Below, piece by piece: positions 8,628-21,400 of a stretch of DNA of 57,323 bases. This DNA is from a virus (lineage: Duplodnaviria > Caudoviricetes), in IMG/VR virus record IMGVR_UViG_3300025084_003544, positions 1 through 57,323 of that record; one strand, 5' to 3'. Every line of letters begins with the position of its first letter. Position 1 is the stretch's first letter. Under the pieces are notes generated by a model. That model was given only the letters and a program-made list of their open reading frames with translations. It was not told the DNA's origin and ran no database searches. Made by a program: the position numbers and the translations under genes.

Positions 8628-11441
8628 TCAGTCTAAGTATAAATAGAAATATCTAGATAATATTTCCCTATCGGATGTAGAACCTTGTCCTATTTGCATT
8701 TTGGAGTCTTGAAATCTTTTAAATTTACACAGTACTCCGCCAGACTGATTGTCTTCTCTAGATGCAATAGTTCTAGCATTTTCGATATCTGTGAGTTGTC
8801 TCCAGTCAGGATTCATATTTTCATCGAAAGACGCAAGATAAAAAACCATGAATGTGTTGTCTAGGACAAACCTAGATAATGGCATTGCTACCTCGGTACC
8901 TGCACCGTTTTCTGACAGTCTAAAGTACTTTTCTGACACTGAATGTATTATGGGATGGGGTTTTCCTGTGACATTGCTAGAATAATTGAAGTTATAATCA
9001 AAACTTTTACTATTCTTTTCGCCCTGTTTGAAAGATTTTCTATCTAGTATACTGTATCCATCTCGATTAACCAACATTCTCATGACTACGTCTTCGATTT
9101 TGACTTTTTCTAGAAATATATTTTGCTTGATTTGATCTCTTTTCTCATCAACCTCTTCCAGATCATCATCAGTTATAACTTCGATTTGTCCATAATTCGA
9201 ATTAATTGAGTTTGCTATATTTTCTCCATTATCAATACCAGCAGAGAATAATTTTCTTGAGTTCCTAGGTGATGATATCTCTGTATCTATACTTCCCAAT
9301 GTATCGTTCTCTATCGTCCCACCCAAAGTAGTTAAAAAAGATTCAAACATTCCAGAACCATTCTTAAGTTCATTCACGGAGCCGTCATAGCCTATAGAGT
9401 TTTCTCCTAATAAAGCACTAGCCAATTCATCTTCTACCATATCACCTGACTCTAGCACGTTTGCGAACAAATTCAGATAATTTCTTATTATGTTCTCAGA
9501 AGAAAACGGATTAAAGCCTGCCAATAATGAAGGAGTCGCAAATCCTAAATTTTTTGATTCAACATTGAACGTAATGTCGTGTTTTGTTTTTTCGAAATCC
9601 ATCCTAAATTTGTAATCTAACTCTGATAATTCAACTGCGTTTTGCGCAATAACGGCGATCACGCCTTCCGAAAACGCATTGGGAGACACATTGGCATCCC
9701 AAGTTCTAGAGTAGGATAGTACCTTACTTTGATTCTTGGTTGCACTAGTGGAGATATTATTAATCTCTGCCATGGCAAAGAATTTACTAGACGCAAACAA
9801 AAGATCCTCAATCACTCTTTTCGAGTTTTCTAGTTTTCTTCTTTCGAAAAAAGACATGTCAAGTATATCATTCTCATCAGATTGACTCGAAAACCCTCTT
9901 ATCGAAGAGTATGATTGTCCTGTGAGCGCTATAAATAAAGTGTTCAAAGATACACTCTGCAGAAACAAAGTCTCATCCAGTGGAAATATTGCCCTTAAGT
10001 CTACTTGAGCCTGAGCGTTCAACTCATCTCTAAGTTCATTATAGTTTTGAGGATTGTTGTGTATGTACGTGATTGCTCTATTGAATCTGGCTAAAAGATT
10101 TTTTACCGGCTCTAGGAACTTTTCTGCGAATGTGTACATTGGATCTAAAAAATCTATCTTTAATCTATAGGTATACTCACCGTCAGTTAGTTTCGTAAAC
10201 CCCAAATCTGAGAATTCATACAACGTAACATCATTTGTAATTCTAGTATTTGAAATTGATATATCTCTACCCTGCAGCGCTACAATCTCATAAGCGTCCT
10301 TACGTACCCTATGTATATTGATACTCAACAATTCAAAATCATGAAGAATTCCTGCTATCCCATTCTTGGATAGATTGTCATATATAAATCTAACATTGGA
10401 GTTTCTACGACATAATTCTTTTATGTTTAAATAAAACCTATTGTGGGTGCGTATTTTGTCAGATGATAGAGAATTATCACCCTCAGGAATCTGTGGTACA
10501 ATTGAAACATAAGAAGGATATAAGTCCGATGTTATTCCGGAGTTCAGAACTCCTTTACCAGAAGATGCCAAAGAAACCTCATCAATTATTTGATCGTATC
10601 TTGTTACACGATTTGGGCGTATGATTTCTTGCACTCTTTCTGATATTCTGAAATCTTGCACGGACGAGGATGCTGCCCTACTATTATCCAAGATGTGACA
10701 CTCGTCTATGTTTTTAAAGAAAAATTCTACGGTGCTTGAATTAATTGGGATCTGAACGCCATCTATCAGTGAAGCCGCATCAAACGCACATATACTATGT
10801 GAATAGCACGTTCCTACATCAGACTTGTTGGTGAAAGATAACTCTTCCCTCGGAATTTTAAGATCATAAAATCGATTGCCATTTGAATCTTGCACAATTT
10901 GTCCATAACTTTGAATCAAATCATTGCTATAATCATTGAACGTAAATCCTTTGATTTCTAAAACTTGATTTTCAAATCCTTCTTTAAGTCTATCAATATG
11001 CTCTTTCACGCCCTCAGAAAAAGAAAGGCTTCTGACAACACTAGTGGACTCAAATACGGCAGAATAAGTTCTGAGGATTTCGTCATACATGTAGTCAGAG
11101 TCATTAGTCCCTGCGCTAGCCGGTATCATAACTGCATAAAAAATAAGGCTTTGCTTTGCAGGGCTTATACCAGTTTTATTCACTGGGTTCCAATAAGAAT
11201 CTAGAAATGCTACAAAATCTTTAACCCTATTATCTCTCGAAAATGTGGTAAATATTAATATGTTATTCTTGAAAGTGTCAGACAAGAGGTAATCGGCGAT
11301 TCCTCCATCATCCTCTATTGTATCGAACACGGAAGCATCAATCTTTACTTGATATTCTTCATAGTTTCCAGTTGTAGGTTCCAAGAAAATGCGGTTACAT
11401 CTAAAACTTGGTACCAAATCGTCTAAAGTACATGATGCCAT
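8628..11441 (-). CDS. Large hypothetical protein in the structural module
   Basis: About 937-aa ORF. The ATG at 11441 overlaps the upstream stop and has a GGAGAGGA RBS. No motif recognised. Confidence 0.55.
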   Translation of the reverse strand: MASCTLDDLVPSFRCNRIFLEPTTGNYEEYQVKIDASVFDTIEDDGGIADYLLSDTFKNNILIFTTFSRDNRVKDFVAFLDSYWNPVNKTGISPAKQSLIFYAVMIPASAGTNDSDYMYDEILRTYSAVFESTSVVRSLSFSEGVKEHIDRLKEGFENQVLEIKGFTFNDYSNDLIQSYGQIVQDSNGNRFYDLKIPREELSFTNKSDVGTCYSHSICAFDAASLIDGVQIPINSSTVEFFFKNIDECHILDNSRAASSSVQDFRISERVQEIIRPNRVTRYDQIIDEVSLASSGKGVLNSGITSDLYPSYVSIVPQIPEGDNSLSSDKIRTHNRFYLNIKELCRRNSNVRFIYDNLSKNGIAGILHDFELLSINIHRVRKDAYEIVALQGRDISISNTRITNDVTLYEFSDLGFTKLTDGEYTYRLKIDFLDPMYTFAEKFLEPVKNLLARFNRAITYIHNNPQNYNELRDELNAQAQVDLRAIFPLDETLFLQSVSLNTLFIALTGQSYSSIRGFSSQSDENDILDMSFFERRKLENSKRVIEDLLFASSKFFAMAEINNISTSATKNQSKVLSYSRTWDANVSPNAFSEGVIAVIAQNAVELSELDYKFRMDFEKTKHDITFNVESKNLGFATPSLLAGFNPFSSENIIRNYLNLFANVLESGDMVEDELASALLGENSIGYDGSVNELKNGSGMFESFLTTLGGTIENDTLGSIDTEISSPRNSRKLFSAGIDNGENIANSINSNYGQIEVITDDDLEEVDEKRDQIKQNIFLEKVKIEDVVMRMLVNRDGYSILDRKSFKQGEKNSKSFDYNFNYSSNVTGKPHPIIHSVSEKYFRLSENGAGTEVAMPLSRFVLDNTFMVFYLASFDENMNPDWRQLTDIENARTIASREDNQSGGVLCKFKRFQDSKMQIGQGSTSDREILSRYFYLYLD
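8639..8646 (-). promoter_or_regulatory. TCTATTTA variant of the late motif
   Basis: TAAATAGA on the + strand, about 24 nt upstream of the ATG at 8616. Confidence 0.5.
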
Positions 11442-12469
11442 TAACAATCCTCTCCATCGTTATCACTAGTATATAGTTCTGTTCCGGGAGTTTGTTGATA
11501 ATCTTGAGTGTCAATGTTACTATCAAATATATTACCACGCTTTTCTCGATAGAAAATCTTATCTTTCTTGGTTTTGTTGTCTATTCCATTGTCGACAGAA
11601 ATGTCGAAATAATATTCAATAAACTTATCATCTATAGGAGCCTCTGATATCTGCTCTTCAATTTCTTCTTGATCCAGTAATATCCCATTGACGATTGATT
11701 GAATCTGCTTTTTAAACATCTTGGGGACTAAGATCTCTTTTTTGTCTTCATCCTCAGTTATCTCATACACTTCTAGAGAAAATGAATCATTATATAGATC
11801 GACATTAGCCTCGACTATGTCTAATAAGATGTAATCATCAACCAATCTTATGAAAAACCCATCATCATCTTCAGTTATAAATCTATCTGTCTGTGGATCC
11901 GATATACCTTTAAAGTCTTTTTCTACAAGAATAGGCTGAATTTCTAAGTCTGCTTGCACTTGTGGTATGTTAATGATAGGCTTTTGACACGAAAACGGCG
12001 CTGAGCAACTTGAGGCTGAGTCGTATGTTGTAGATCTAGAATTCTTAAAATCGCCTTCCATGAACTCTACTCTCCAAGCGGCAGTATATTGGTTCCCTAA
12101 TTGCGACTTGCCCAAAGGCAATACATTTCTCAAGCCATCATAGTCTTGAAAAACAGATGGATCGGTTTTTCGATCATTAACATTTGATTCATGATAGGTA
12201 TCAGCAATTTTGTCATGCGTTTGCTTTCTCACCTTTTCCTCTAAATCGGTAAAATTAGTCTGACATCTCAGAGAAGGAGAGTTTTCTTGAATCCTTGGTT
12301 CAATATTATTATTGTCCTCAGAGATTCCTCCCCTAGAACCATCATATAATATATCATCATCAAAGAAAGCATAGTATGTAGGCTTAAAACTGCCTGCTGC
12401 TAACTTTTGCCTTCCGTATGACGATAATTTGAGTTCTAATATTTCTTCTTTCTTGTTAAAAAATGTCAT
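11441..12469 (-). CDS. Putative virion protein, N-terminus paralogous to 5709..6626
   Basis: ELKLSSYGRQKLAAGSFKPTYYAFFDDDILY aligns by eye with DAVLTDTGRKRLARG...KFALGDDEINY. Confidence 0.6.
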   Translation of the reverse strand: MTFFNKKEEILELKLSSYGRQKLAAGSFKPTYYAFFDDDILYDGSRGGISEDNNNIEPRIQENSPSLRCQTNFTDLEEKVRKQTHDKIADTYHESNVNDRKTDPSVFQDYDGLRNVLPLGKSQLGNQYTAAWRVEFMEGDFKNSRSTTYDSASSCSAPFSCQKPIINIPQVQADLEIQPILVEKDFKGISDPQTDRFITEDDDGFFIRLVDDYILLDIVEANVDLYNDSFSLEVYEITEDEDKKEILVPKMFKKQIQSIVNGILLDQEEIEEQISEAPIDDKFIEYYFDISVDNGIDNKTKKDKIFYREKRGNIFDSNIDTQDYQQTPGTELYTSDNDGEDC

Positions 12470-12479
12470 CTACTGTCTC

Positions 12480-15400
12480 CTAAAAGTCTCTTGGACGTAA
12501 TCTGCTAACATAGCCTTCTATATTCGGGAACTTGTCTACCATATCTTGATAAACTATCAGCCCTACTATGTTTTCTTTTGCTCTTTCTACATATCTTCTT
12601 TTTCTTCTATTGTTCAGATCACTCCAATTTTTATTTCTAGAATTTAGATCTGCTCGAATAATCTTTTTAAACTCTCTTAAGACTGCCAATTTAGCATCAT
12701 TGTAATTAAAAGTACTTTCCTGTTGTTCTGCCAACTCTGCAGCCAAGTAAGATTGCCCAGCATTTTCGGATATCTCAATTTGAGATGTCTGAACCAGTGT
12801 GCCTATCTCCAAATCAGATGCATCAAATCCAACAGGGTTTGTAATCCCTGTACCTGAGTATCCACCTTCAGGTGCTATAGAGGCTGCACCTTGAAGTGCT
12901 TGTGGCTTTTTAAGTTCAACATCTACGCTTAATTTGACATTCTCGACTAATGAGAAATAATCGTACGGCCAGTTATAACCAACTGTGGAGTTTATCTTAT
13001 TTGATTTACCTATATCGCTGTTCATCTTTTCATCGTAAGAGAAGTTACCTCTTTGCTTGACTTTGAATATTCTCCAACGTACCTTCTTCAAGATACTCAT
13101 ATTCGGGCTAACATCTTTCAACGAGCCTAGCATTCCCTCAGGAGATAGAACATGTGATATTGATTGCTGCTCTTCTTCTACCTTCTTAGTCTCTTCTGTA
13201 ACAACTCCTTGCCACAACCCATTAAGATCGGTTCTTTCCAAGTTCTTAGTAAACTCGAAAATATACATGGGTACTGGCTGGACATCGTAGTTGATAAAGT
13301 CTAAGTGAGGTGGAAAGACATATTCTTTCATTTTTTCCATCTGTCTCAATACTTCTGGATCTTGAGAAGTCCCGTCAGTCAATTTGAGATTCAGATATTC
13401 TGGTATACCGTCCTTGTTAGAGATATATGGCACAGCAACTACTGCTTCTCTGATCACTCTAGACTTAGCAGTCACGCCCATCTTAACAGGCTCTTGTTCA
13501 AACCCAACCAACTTAGCAAGAGATTTGATCTGCTGCTGAGAATCGTCATGTAAGAACTGTCCCCATCTGACGGTAGAAGGGTTTGCAGTTATGTTTTTGT
13601 CTGATTGAGGGGCATGTTGAACTAAAGTTTTAAAATAGTCTCTAGAGCGCTGTACTGTGTCTGAAGAGGCAGTTCCTGCACCAGCATTGTATCTAATTGC
13701 TCCACGAACAAACATTGGCTCTGGGAAATCATACGATGAAGTGTCACTAGATACCAAAGAAGATACTGCAGGACTATCTGGAATCAATCTGAACGTCTTT
13801 CTTCTTACTTTTGAACTTTTAAAAGTATTGCTATTTGCTTTTGATACATTGATTGCTCTATTGATCTTTGCCGCTTCTTGTGTCAGACTAGAGGGAGTAG
13901 AGACAGAAGAGATTGTTCTGCTACCTATCAAGTCTCCAAGTGATGCGCGAGAAGCATCAGTCATATTAACCTTCGAAAGATTACCAATTGTTATTTCATT
14001 ATTATTTTTCTGCAAGATATCATTGAGATAACTTGGCGCTAGTACTACACCGGTAGAAGTTTTCACACAATCAACTTCATCTGCATCAGCAAATCTAGTA
14101 GACTGTTCTGTATATACTTTCCCAATTGAAAAGTCTGACAATGCATCTTCGAACTGCCCTTTGGAAAAAGTTCCAAAATCATACTCAAGTGAAGAATAAT
14201 TCTTAGGAACAATCAGCAATGGAGCATAAGAGTTTCCTTGATCGTAGTGATAGTAAGACGCTGCCCAGTGTCCTTTGAACGGAGAACTAGAAGAAGCGTT
14301 GTTTGCGCTACTAGCAGTTCCATCAACTTTCACAGCAAATACTGTCGATGCAGATGTAAAGTCAGAATTAGTTGTTAGAATTTCTTTTGTGTAACTTCCC
14401 GTATCTCTGAATACGTCAAACAGTTTAAAGTTGTCAGCGACTGATGCTGTACTGTCCAAGGTGACTCCAAATATATTTTGCAAGTCTACATATCTTAACT
14501 CTGTGTCAATAATCATTCCGGAGTCTGGATTGATTACTTGTATCGAGCCTCCTTCTACTGCGAATTCATCATCGCCAACCAATCTTCTTCTCAGTTCTTG
14601 TCTCGCGAAGTATGGATACATAGTATCTCTAGGATTGGTGTTATACGCTGCGTCCAGCCCTGCGCCGTCGCAAGAAGATATCTCAGGCTTGACTACAGTG
14701 TATTTTGGATTAGGAATTGTTAGTCTAGTGCCAGACTTTTCATAGCCGTCTGGTACATCAATCATTTGCATGAAGATACCTTTATCAGCCTCTTTTGGGA
14801 ACTCTCCGTATTGATGCCACATACCAATTGGATTCAGTACTCCACTTAATTGATGAACTGAAGATAAGGACGAATGAATCGAACTTAAAGTATCTGGCTC
14901 CTGACGAGTACCGGACAAACTTAGTTGACTGGTGTATATATCATCAGAGGTTACGCCAGATTCAAATTCTGCATTGTATTCTCTGTTTAAATATTTGGAG
15001 AAGTCTAATATTGGAGTCTCGAATTTAGACTCAATAACCCAAGAATTACCTTGGTTATCTATGTTAGCCTGCTTGAATAAGTTGAACGATGCGTCAACTT
15101 GCATTGCATTTTCGTTGATGGTAAACCCTTGCGGCCCAAATGTCCCTCTATCTCCAAAAGATCCGGATTCATGATTGAGTTCGTATCTCAAGAAATCGAC
15201 AGTTGTGTTCTGCAAGATGTCGTTTAATGTATGCTTTCCTGCTTTTTGCGGAGTGAAGGTGTATATAGCCCATGCTTCTCCGTCATAATAAGGAGGAGTG
15301 AATGGCGCATTATAACCATTAGTGGAATCATACATCATATATGTTGTATTGTTGTTTTCTCCGGTAGTAATTGTATCACCAACAACACTGACAAACTCTA

Positions 15401-18400
15401 CAGCAACACCGCCAGCACAAGGTGGGCCGAAGGCGTTTGGCTGAGAATACATTGTTATTGTCTCCACTTCAGCATATGAATTTATCTGAGGGCGTGGATA
15501 GTTGACTTTCTGTACATCGTATTCTAGAGCAGATCCAGTTAATCCCTGATATTCGCTCAAGAAATAATTGGTTCCACTAGGAGGACGATTATAATACTTA
15601 TCATATGCACCAGAAACGTCAGACGAATTGTTGATAACATCGGCTGCACCACTGAATTCAATATAAGGATGTTCTTTTCTAGATTTATATACTCTGAAGA
15701 TGGAGCGATATGTCGGTAACATTCCAGCATGATTTGCCACAACAATACCAAAGTCCGGATCAGTTTCTGGCTTGGATACAATTCTAGAAGATTTACCTTC
15801 TTGCAAAAAGAATTCCATTACCTCTGAAAAGAAATTGCTAGACATTAATTTGTAGTTTGAATCAGATGCTTCACCAATCTTTGCCTTAAGGTTGAAAGAA
15901 GAACTCGGATGAGGGTTCATGTCAACAATATACTCTTTTGACATAAAAGACTCAGGTGATAGCAAAGTCTCAAACGGTAATCTACTATCAAATAATTCAT
16001 TACTGATCATATGGTTAGTTCCACCATATGGATCTTTAAGGCTTGCTGTAGCCATCTTTGAGGTAACGATAGGGTAATCTACTGCCATACCAGACTTAAT
16101 GGTGTTATAAAGCAATCCCGGAGACATAACAGCATCAAAAACTGGACGTGCTTGAGCAAGCACATTGTTGTCTGGGAATTCTATATCTGTGTCACTTGGG
16201 TTCGCTTCTTGTGCTGAGATTCCTTTACCATATGATCCGGCGAATGCTTCACACATCTGCACAGTTCTAGACTGAGGGTAGAAACCTTCGTACGGTAAGA
16301 AACTTTTGATTGCGTCGCAAGTCAAAGTCAAAGTAAATGGAACCAATCCCAAATCACCAGTATTGTCTTCAATAAAGTTTTCTACATCTCTGATGTTTGT
16401 GCTAGTAGAGTATTCTCTTAAAAATTCTGATGAATTTCCTCTTTGATTCTTAGCAACAGTGATGCCGTCGTCCAGTGATGCACCAGTGATCTCAAGCCAA
16501 TAATTTTGCGCAAAATAAGACTTTTCATCATTTCCGTCTTGAATGATGCCCTCAATATGAGAACTTATTCTATATTCTGGAACTAGCGAGAAGTGCTTGT
16601 TTTTACCTCTGATTCTTTCATACCAATCATTGTAGTTGTTATCCATTGGCGTAAGTCCTGATAAATCAGGAGTTGTCCATCGTGAAGTATTATCAAACAT
16701 ACCATCTGTACTATGTCCTAAAGAGCGAGTGAGCGCAAAATGGTTAGATCTGAGTTTATAACCTTCGTGAATTAATCCTAAATTAGATTTTGCCGTAGGA
16801 TTGCGCATAGAGCCGGGAGACTGTAGAGTGTGAGGATAAGCGTATCTTGGCTGTGGAATCACTTCACCAAATTTAACTCCTCTGAATACTCCGTTAATTC
16901 CGCCAGACAGTCCGACTAATTCATCAAAAGAGTTGCCAGTTTCAGTAATAGATATATTTTTCGCCGTTCCAGTAACCGATGAGGTTAATTCAAATGAACC
17001 AGTATTTGATGCCACAGTAAAGGTTGCAGACATGTCCGTATTGGCTTCTACAGCAGCCGTGAGCGCATTAAAGAAGTTATTATCAGTTACACCACTTGCA
17101 TTGATCTGCAATGACGTAGGAGACGAATTATGGACGATTGTGAATATCGTGTCATCAATCGTGATTGTATCACCTGATGTAGCACCTGACTCATCAGTTC
17201 CGCCCGATGTGTTGTTAGTTATTGTGAATCCGATTCCATCACTACCATTGTACACACTGTACAGATCATTGTTGAACAATGCTCCAGTGACAGAAGAAGT
17301 GATACTAAGCGTTGCGACATTACTACTAGATGAGATCGATATAGTGTCAAATAATGTATGATCCTTGATAGATTGTGATAAATCATTCCAAAATTTAGTG
17401 CTTTTCTCGGCGTCAGTTCCTGTATATCCGGATACGTCAATATATTTGTTGGCAGTACTGTCAGTCTCATCTCCATTAAGATCCGCTCTGAAGTATATAA
17501 ACTCTCCTAAGGCATCGTCGTCGTAATCGGTATGGAATCTAATATAGTCCAAATCGCCTATACCAATTGGCGATGTTCCACCTGCGGCACCTGCCAAGTT
17601 CTGGAATGTGGCTCTAGAACCATTTGTATTCTGAGAGAATGCTACGTTCTTTGCCGTACCAGTGACAGAAGAAGTCAAACTAAATCTGTGATATCCAGTT
17701 CCTAAGTTGGTAATTGCAATCGTATCAAAGTCTGTGTCAGTTTTAATCGAGTGTGACAGTGCATTATGGAAGTTGGCTGTAGATCCAGTACCTAGTCCGC
17801 TGCTAATATCGATAGAAAAAGTTTGCCCATCAATTGTTATAGTATCGCCATTTTCTGCACCAGTCTCATCTGTCCCTGCAGTACCTGCATCAACTATTGC
17901 GAATGTATCGCCAGTTACACTAATATTAGGATCTTCTGAAGAGCCAGTTGATACTGATGTGATTGTGAAAGTTCTAGGGCTGTCAGAGCCTGTTACTGCG
18001 CTATAACCTGTTTGTACATTAACTTTAGTTCTAAGACTTTCCCAGAATTCAGCATCAGTCACTCCAGATGCCTGTACCTGACTTGCAGATGATGTCGATG
18101 TGTGAGTGATCGTAAACGTTGTACCATCTATTTCTATTGTGTCTCCCAAATCTGCACCAGATGAATCACTTCCAGTCGCAAACGCATTGTCAATTTTGAC
18201 AAATGTTCCGCCACTTGTTCCACCGTTACCAGATGCACCACCGTTGCCTGCGGCTCCAGTAACATAGTTTGTAACAGTAAAAGTCCTAGGATTGTCAACA
18301 CCTTGTGCCACAGCGAACCCTTCTGCTTCAAGTGCAGTTTCAATTGTATTCCAGAAATCTGTATTTGAGGCTCTTGTCGAGTCAACATAAATTGTCGTAA

Positions 18401-21400
18401 ATCCACTTACTGCAACAGATGCCGAATAATTGAGCCCACCAGTGTTGGAGTTGTCCTTATCAATCGTAACCCTATAGCCATTAGCGGCGCCAGAATCTGC
18501 ATAGAAATTAATATAATGTCCGTCAATGGCTCCGGTTTCACTAGTTCCATTTTGAGCAGTTTGTGTAATATCAAAAGAAGCATCTGCAGATGTTATAGGC
18601 TCGTCTGCATTGTTTTGATCTGAGCCTGTGACTTTCGAAGTCAATGTGAATGTTGCAACATTGCCGACATTAGTTCTAGAGACATTGAAAGAACTAGTTC
18701 CTTCGATTTGTGATTCTAAGTTACTCCACACATATTCATCTGTTCTATCGGTGATGTCGATTGTTCTAGAAGGTGAACTTGTGGTAGTTGAAAGGGTATA
18801 AGTTTCTGTTCCAATAGATATGGAATGTCCACTAACAGATCCGCTGATATTTGTACCGCCAATAATATTCCCATTAGAAGTGAATTGTCCATTTCCTGTT
18901 AGGGTTCTGTTATCCGCAGTACCCACTGTGTTGGCAGTGACAGTAAATGTTCTACTATTTCCAGTTCCAGCAGAGGTTACTGTATAATTTGTACCGGGAG
19001 AAGTCGCTTCAATTGATGAAATAATGTTATTAATTATATTAGTCTGGGACTGATCTCTATCAACATTAGGATATGTATTATCTGTTGCTGCCTGAACAAC
19101 TGTAGTTCCACCGATTTGTAGCCTATTACTTCCTCCAGTCGAAGTTCCAAACCCAAAAGCATTGGTACCGTCAGTATCTGTCTCATTCGAAAAAGAATCT
19201 CCTACCTTAGATATGTCAAAATTATATAATCCAGCAGAATTTTTTGTAATTGTGAAGTCTGAATAATCATCACAATTATTCGTATCATCATTAACAGTAT
19301 AACTAACTGTAAATCCAGATCCCATTTCTTGTGTTAATGCTGTGCTTAAATTACTCCAGAAAGTTGCTGAAGACACACCATATGCGTCAATTCTCCTAGT
19401 GTTCCCATCGTCTCCAAAAGAGCCAGAGTCGATTTCGAATTGTTTTGTTGCAGAGTCAACAGTTAGCCTAAAGAAATCGCCTTCTTTTACCCCACATTCT
19501 GCAGAATATACAGAGAAATCTTCATGCGAAGGAGCAGATTCTCCGGCAGTAGTTATATTTTCGTTATCCCAAGATCCAGAAGTAATCACGCCGTCAGAAG
19601 AAAATGCATCTTCTTTGACAGTAAATACTATCTTTGCTTCTGGTTCTGCGCCACTAGAGTCTACTGTGTAGGCTATATCGTAATTGTCGCCTACCTTACC
19701 ACTATCGGCTGCAGCAATCGTTCCAGTAATCGCATTCCAAAATTGGCTATTATTTCCTTCACTGATGGTGTATGTACTTTGCCATGTTTGCTCGCTAGAA
19801 GGCAGGGCTGGTAATGCAATATGGGACGCATTTGTCAATGCATTCGTCCCACCAGTAGCAATATCAATCTCAAATGTCAGATTTTCAAAAGTTCTAGTAC
19901 TAGAGTCATAATAAGGGATCTCAAATCTTTGAGCATCAGAGACTCCTATTTGTTCTGTCCCACCAGTGTTGGAAATCCCTGATATGTGATTTCCTTCGTC
20001 ATCTTCTCTTATGAAATATGTATTACCGTCTCCAGTAGTATTTGAAATTAAAGTGAATGTTCCATTAGTTCTTGTGGCAGTAACGTCTAGACTTACAGAG
20101 TTGTTTATGGCTTCAAGAACCTTATCCCACAATTCAGCATCCGTATCGGTATCGGTATCACCGTATACAGTAATGTTCACCGGGTTGTGGTTGTGACTTG
20201 GAGATGTTGCATCACTCGCAAATATACTAAATTGAAAATTAATTTGTACATAATTATTAGTATCAGAAAGACTTCCAGCCTTATCATATGCACCTGAAGA
20301 ATCTCTTCTTCTGATATATATTTTTGTTGCTTCGAGTGAACTTAGTATTCCAGAAGGAGCGACATATCCTGAGAATTGCACAGCATCTGAGAAAGATGAT
20401 CCATCTTGTGTAAAAGATGGTGTGTTGGTTGCTTCTTGCCCTACAGGTGTAATAATTGTGAAATCTGCTCGTGCGCCTGAATCTGTTGACACTCTTGTAA
20501 CAGATTCGTAATTTGAGTCTGCTTCAATCTGAGTGTCCATGTGATCCCAAAAGTCACCAGCAGATGCCGTATTGGTAGTCCATACGCTTCCTCCATAGAT
20601 TTTTCCTTCAAAAATAATACCGTATGTAAGTTTAATAACATCGGTTACTCCGGCAGCAGAAATTAAAGTTAAATCATTTTGATTCACTGTGTTGTTATTC
20701 GATGTGATTCCAGTTGGAACTTCGGAAAGACTAGACAAAGTATTTTCATTTGAAACTTGAGTAGTTAAGTCGGTATCTAAAGAAGGCAATTCAGAACTAG
20801 TCCCCCCTTCGAACAACCACCAGTCATTACAATTAATAAATTTAGGATGAGTAATGAGTTCACGGTATCTTCCATAATTATAAATCTCCAAAATATCGTC
20901 TGAGGTTAGTTTATCGCTCCATATAGAAATTTGAGCGATAGCACCTATAAATTCATAATTTGTGCTAGTGTTTGGGTAGTCCGCGATGAAAATAGAGTTT
21001 ATTTCTTCACAAACACCAGTACCTGAACCTGTTGATGTTGGTGTGGCAGTAATCTCTACGCCATCAATATAAAGCACTGGCTGAGTCGTAATTGAGCCTC
21101 TATCTATGACTATAGCAACAAATTGATATCTCTCTGTGCTTAAAACATTAGAAAAAGTATACGCCTTGTTATTTGAAGAGCCATTCTGTTCTAACTGCAC
21201 AATAATGTCATCATAATTTTGGTATATATCTAGGCTCTTCGTAGAGGGGGTTGTATCACTAGATTGCTGAAAAAAGACTGCTATCTGTTTTCTTCCACTA
21301 GTGTTAGACTCTGCCCTAAGCCATGCGCAAAAAGTCATGTCTGTTGATGTATCGTTGAACCCAGAATAGTTCGTATTGTAAAGATCCACCCTCTGTAGTG

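Noticed and set aside
8638-8645. T4 late promoter TATAAATA on the + strand
   Set aside because: It points antisense to all genes and is better read as the CTATTTA motif on the coding strand.
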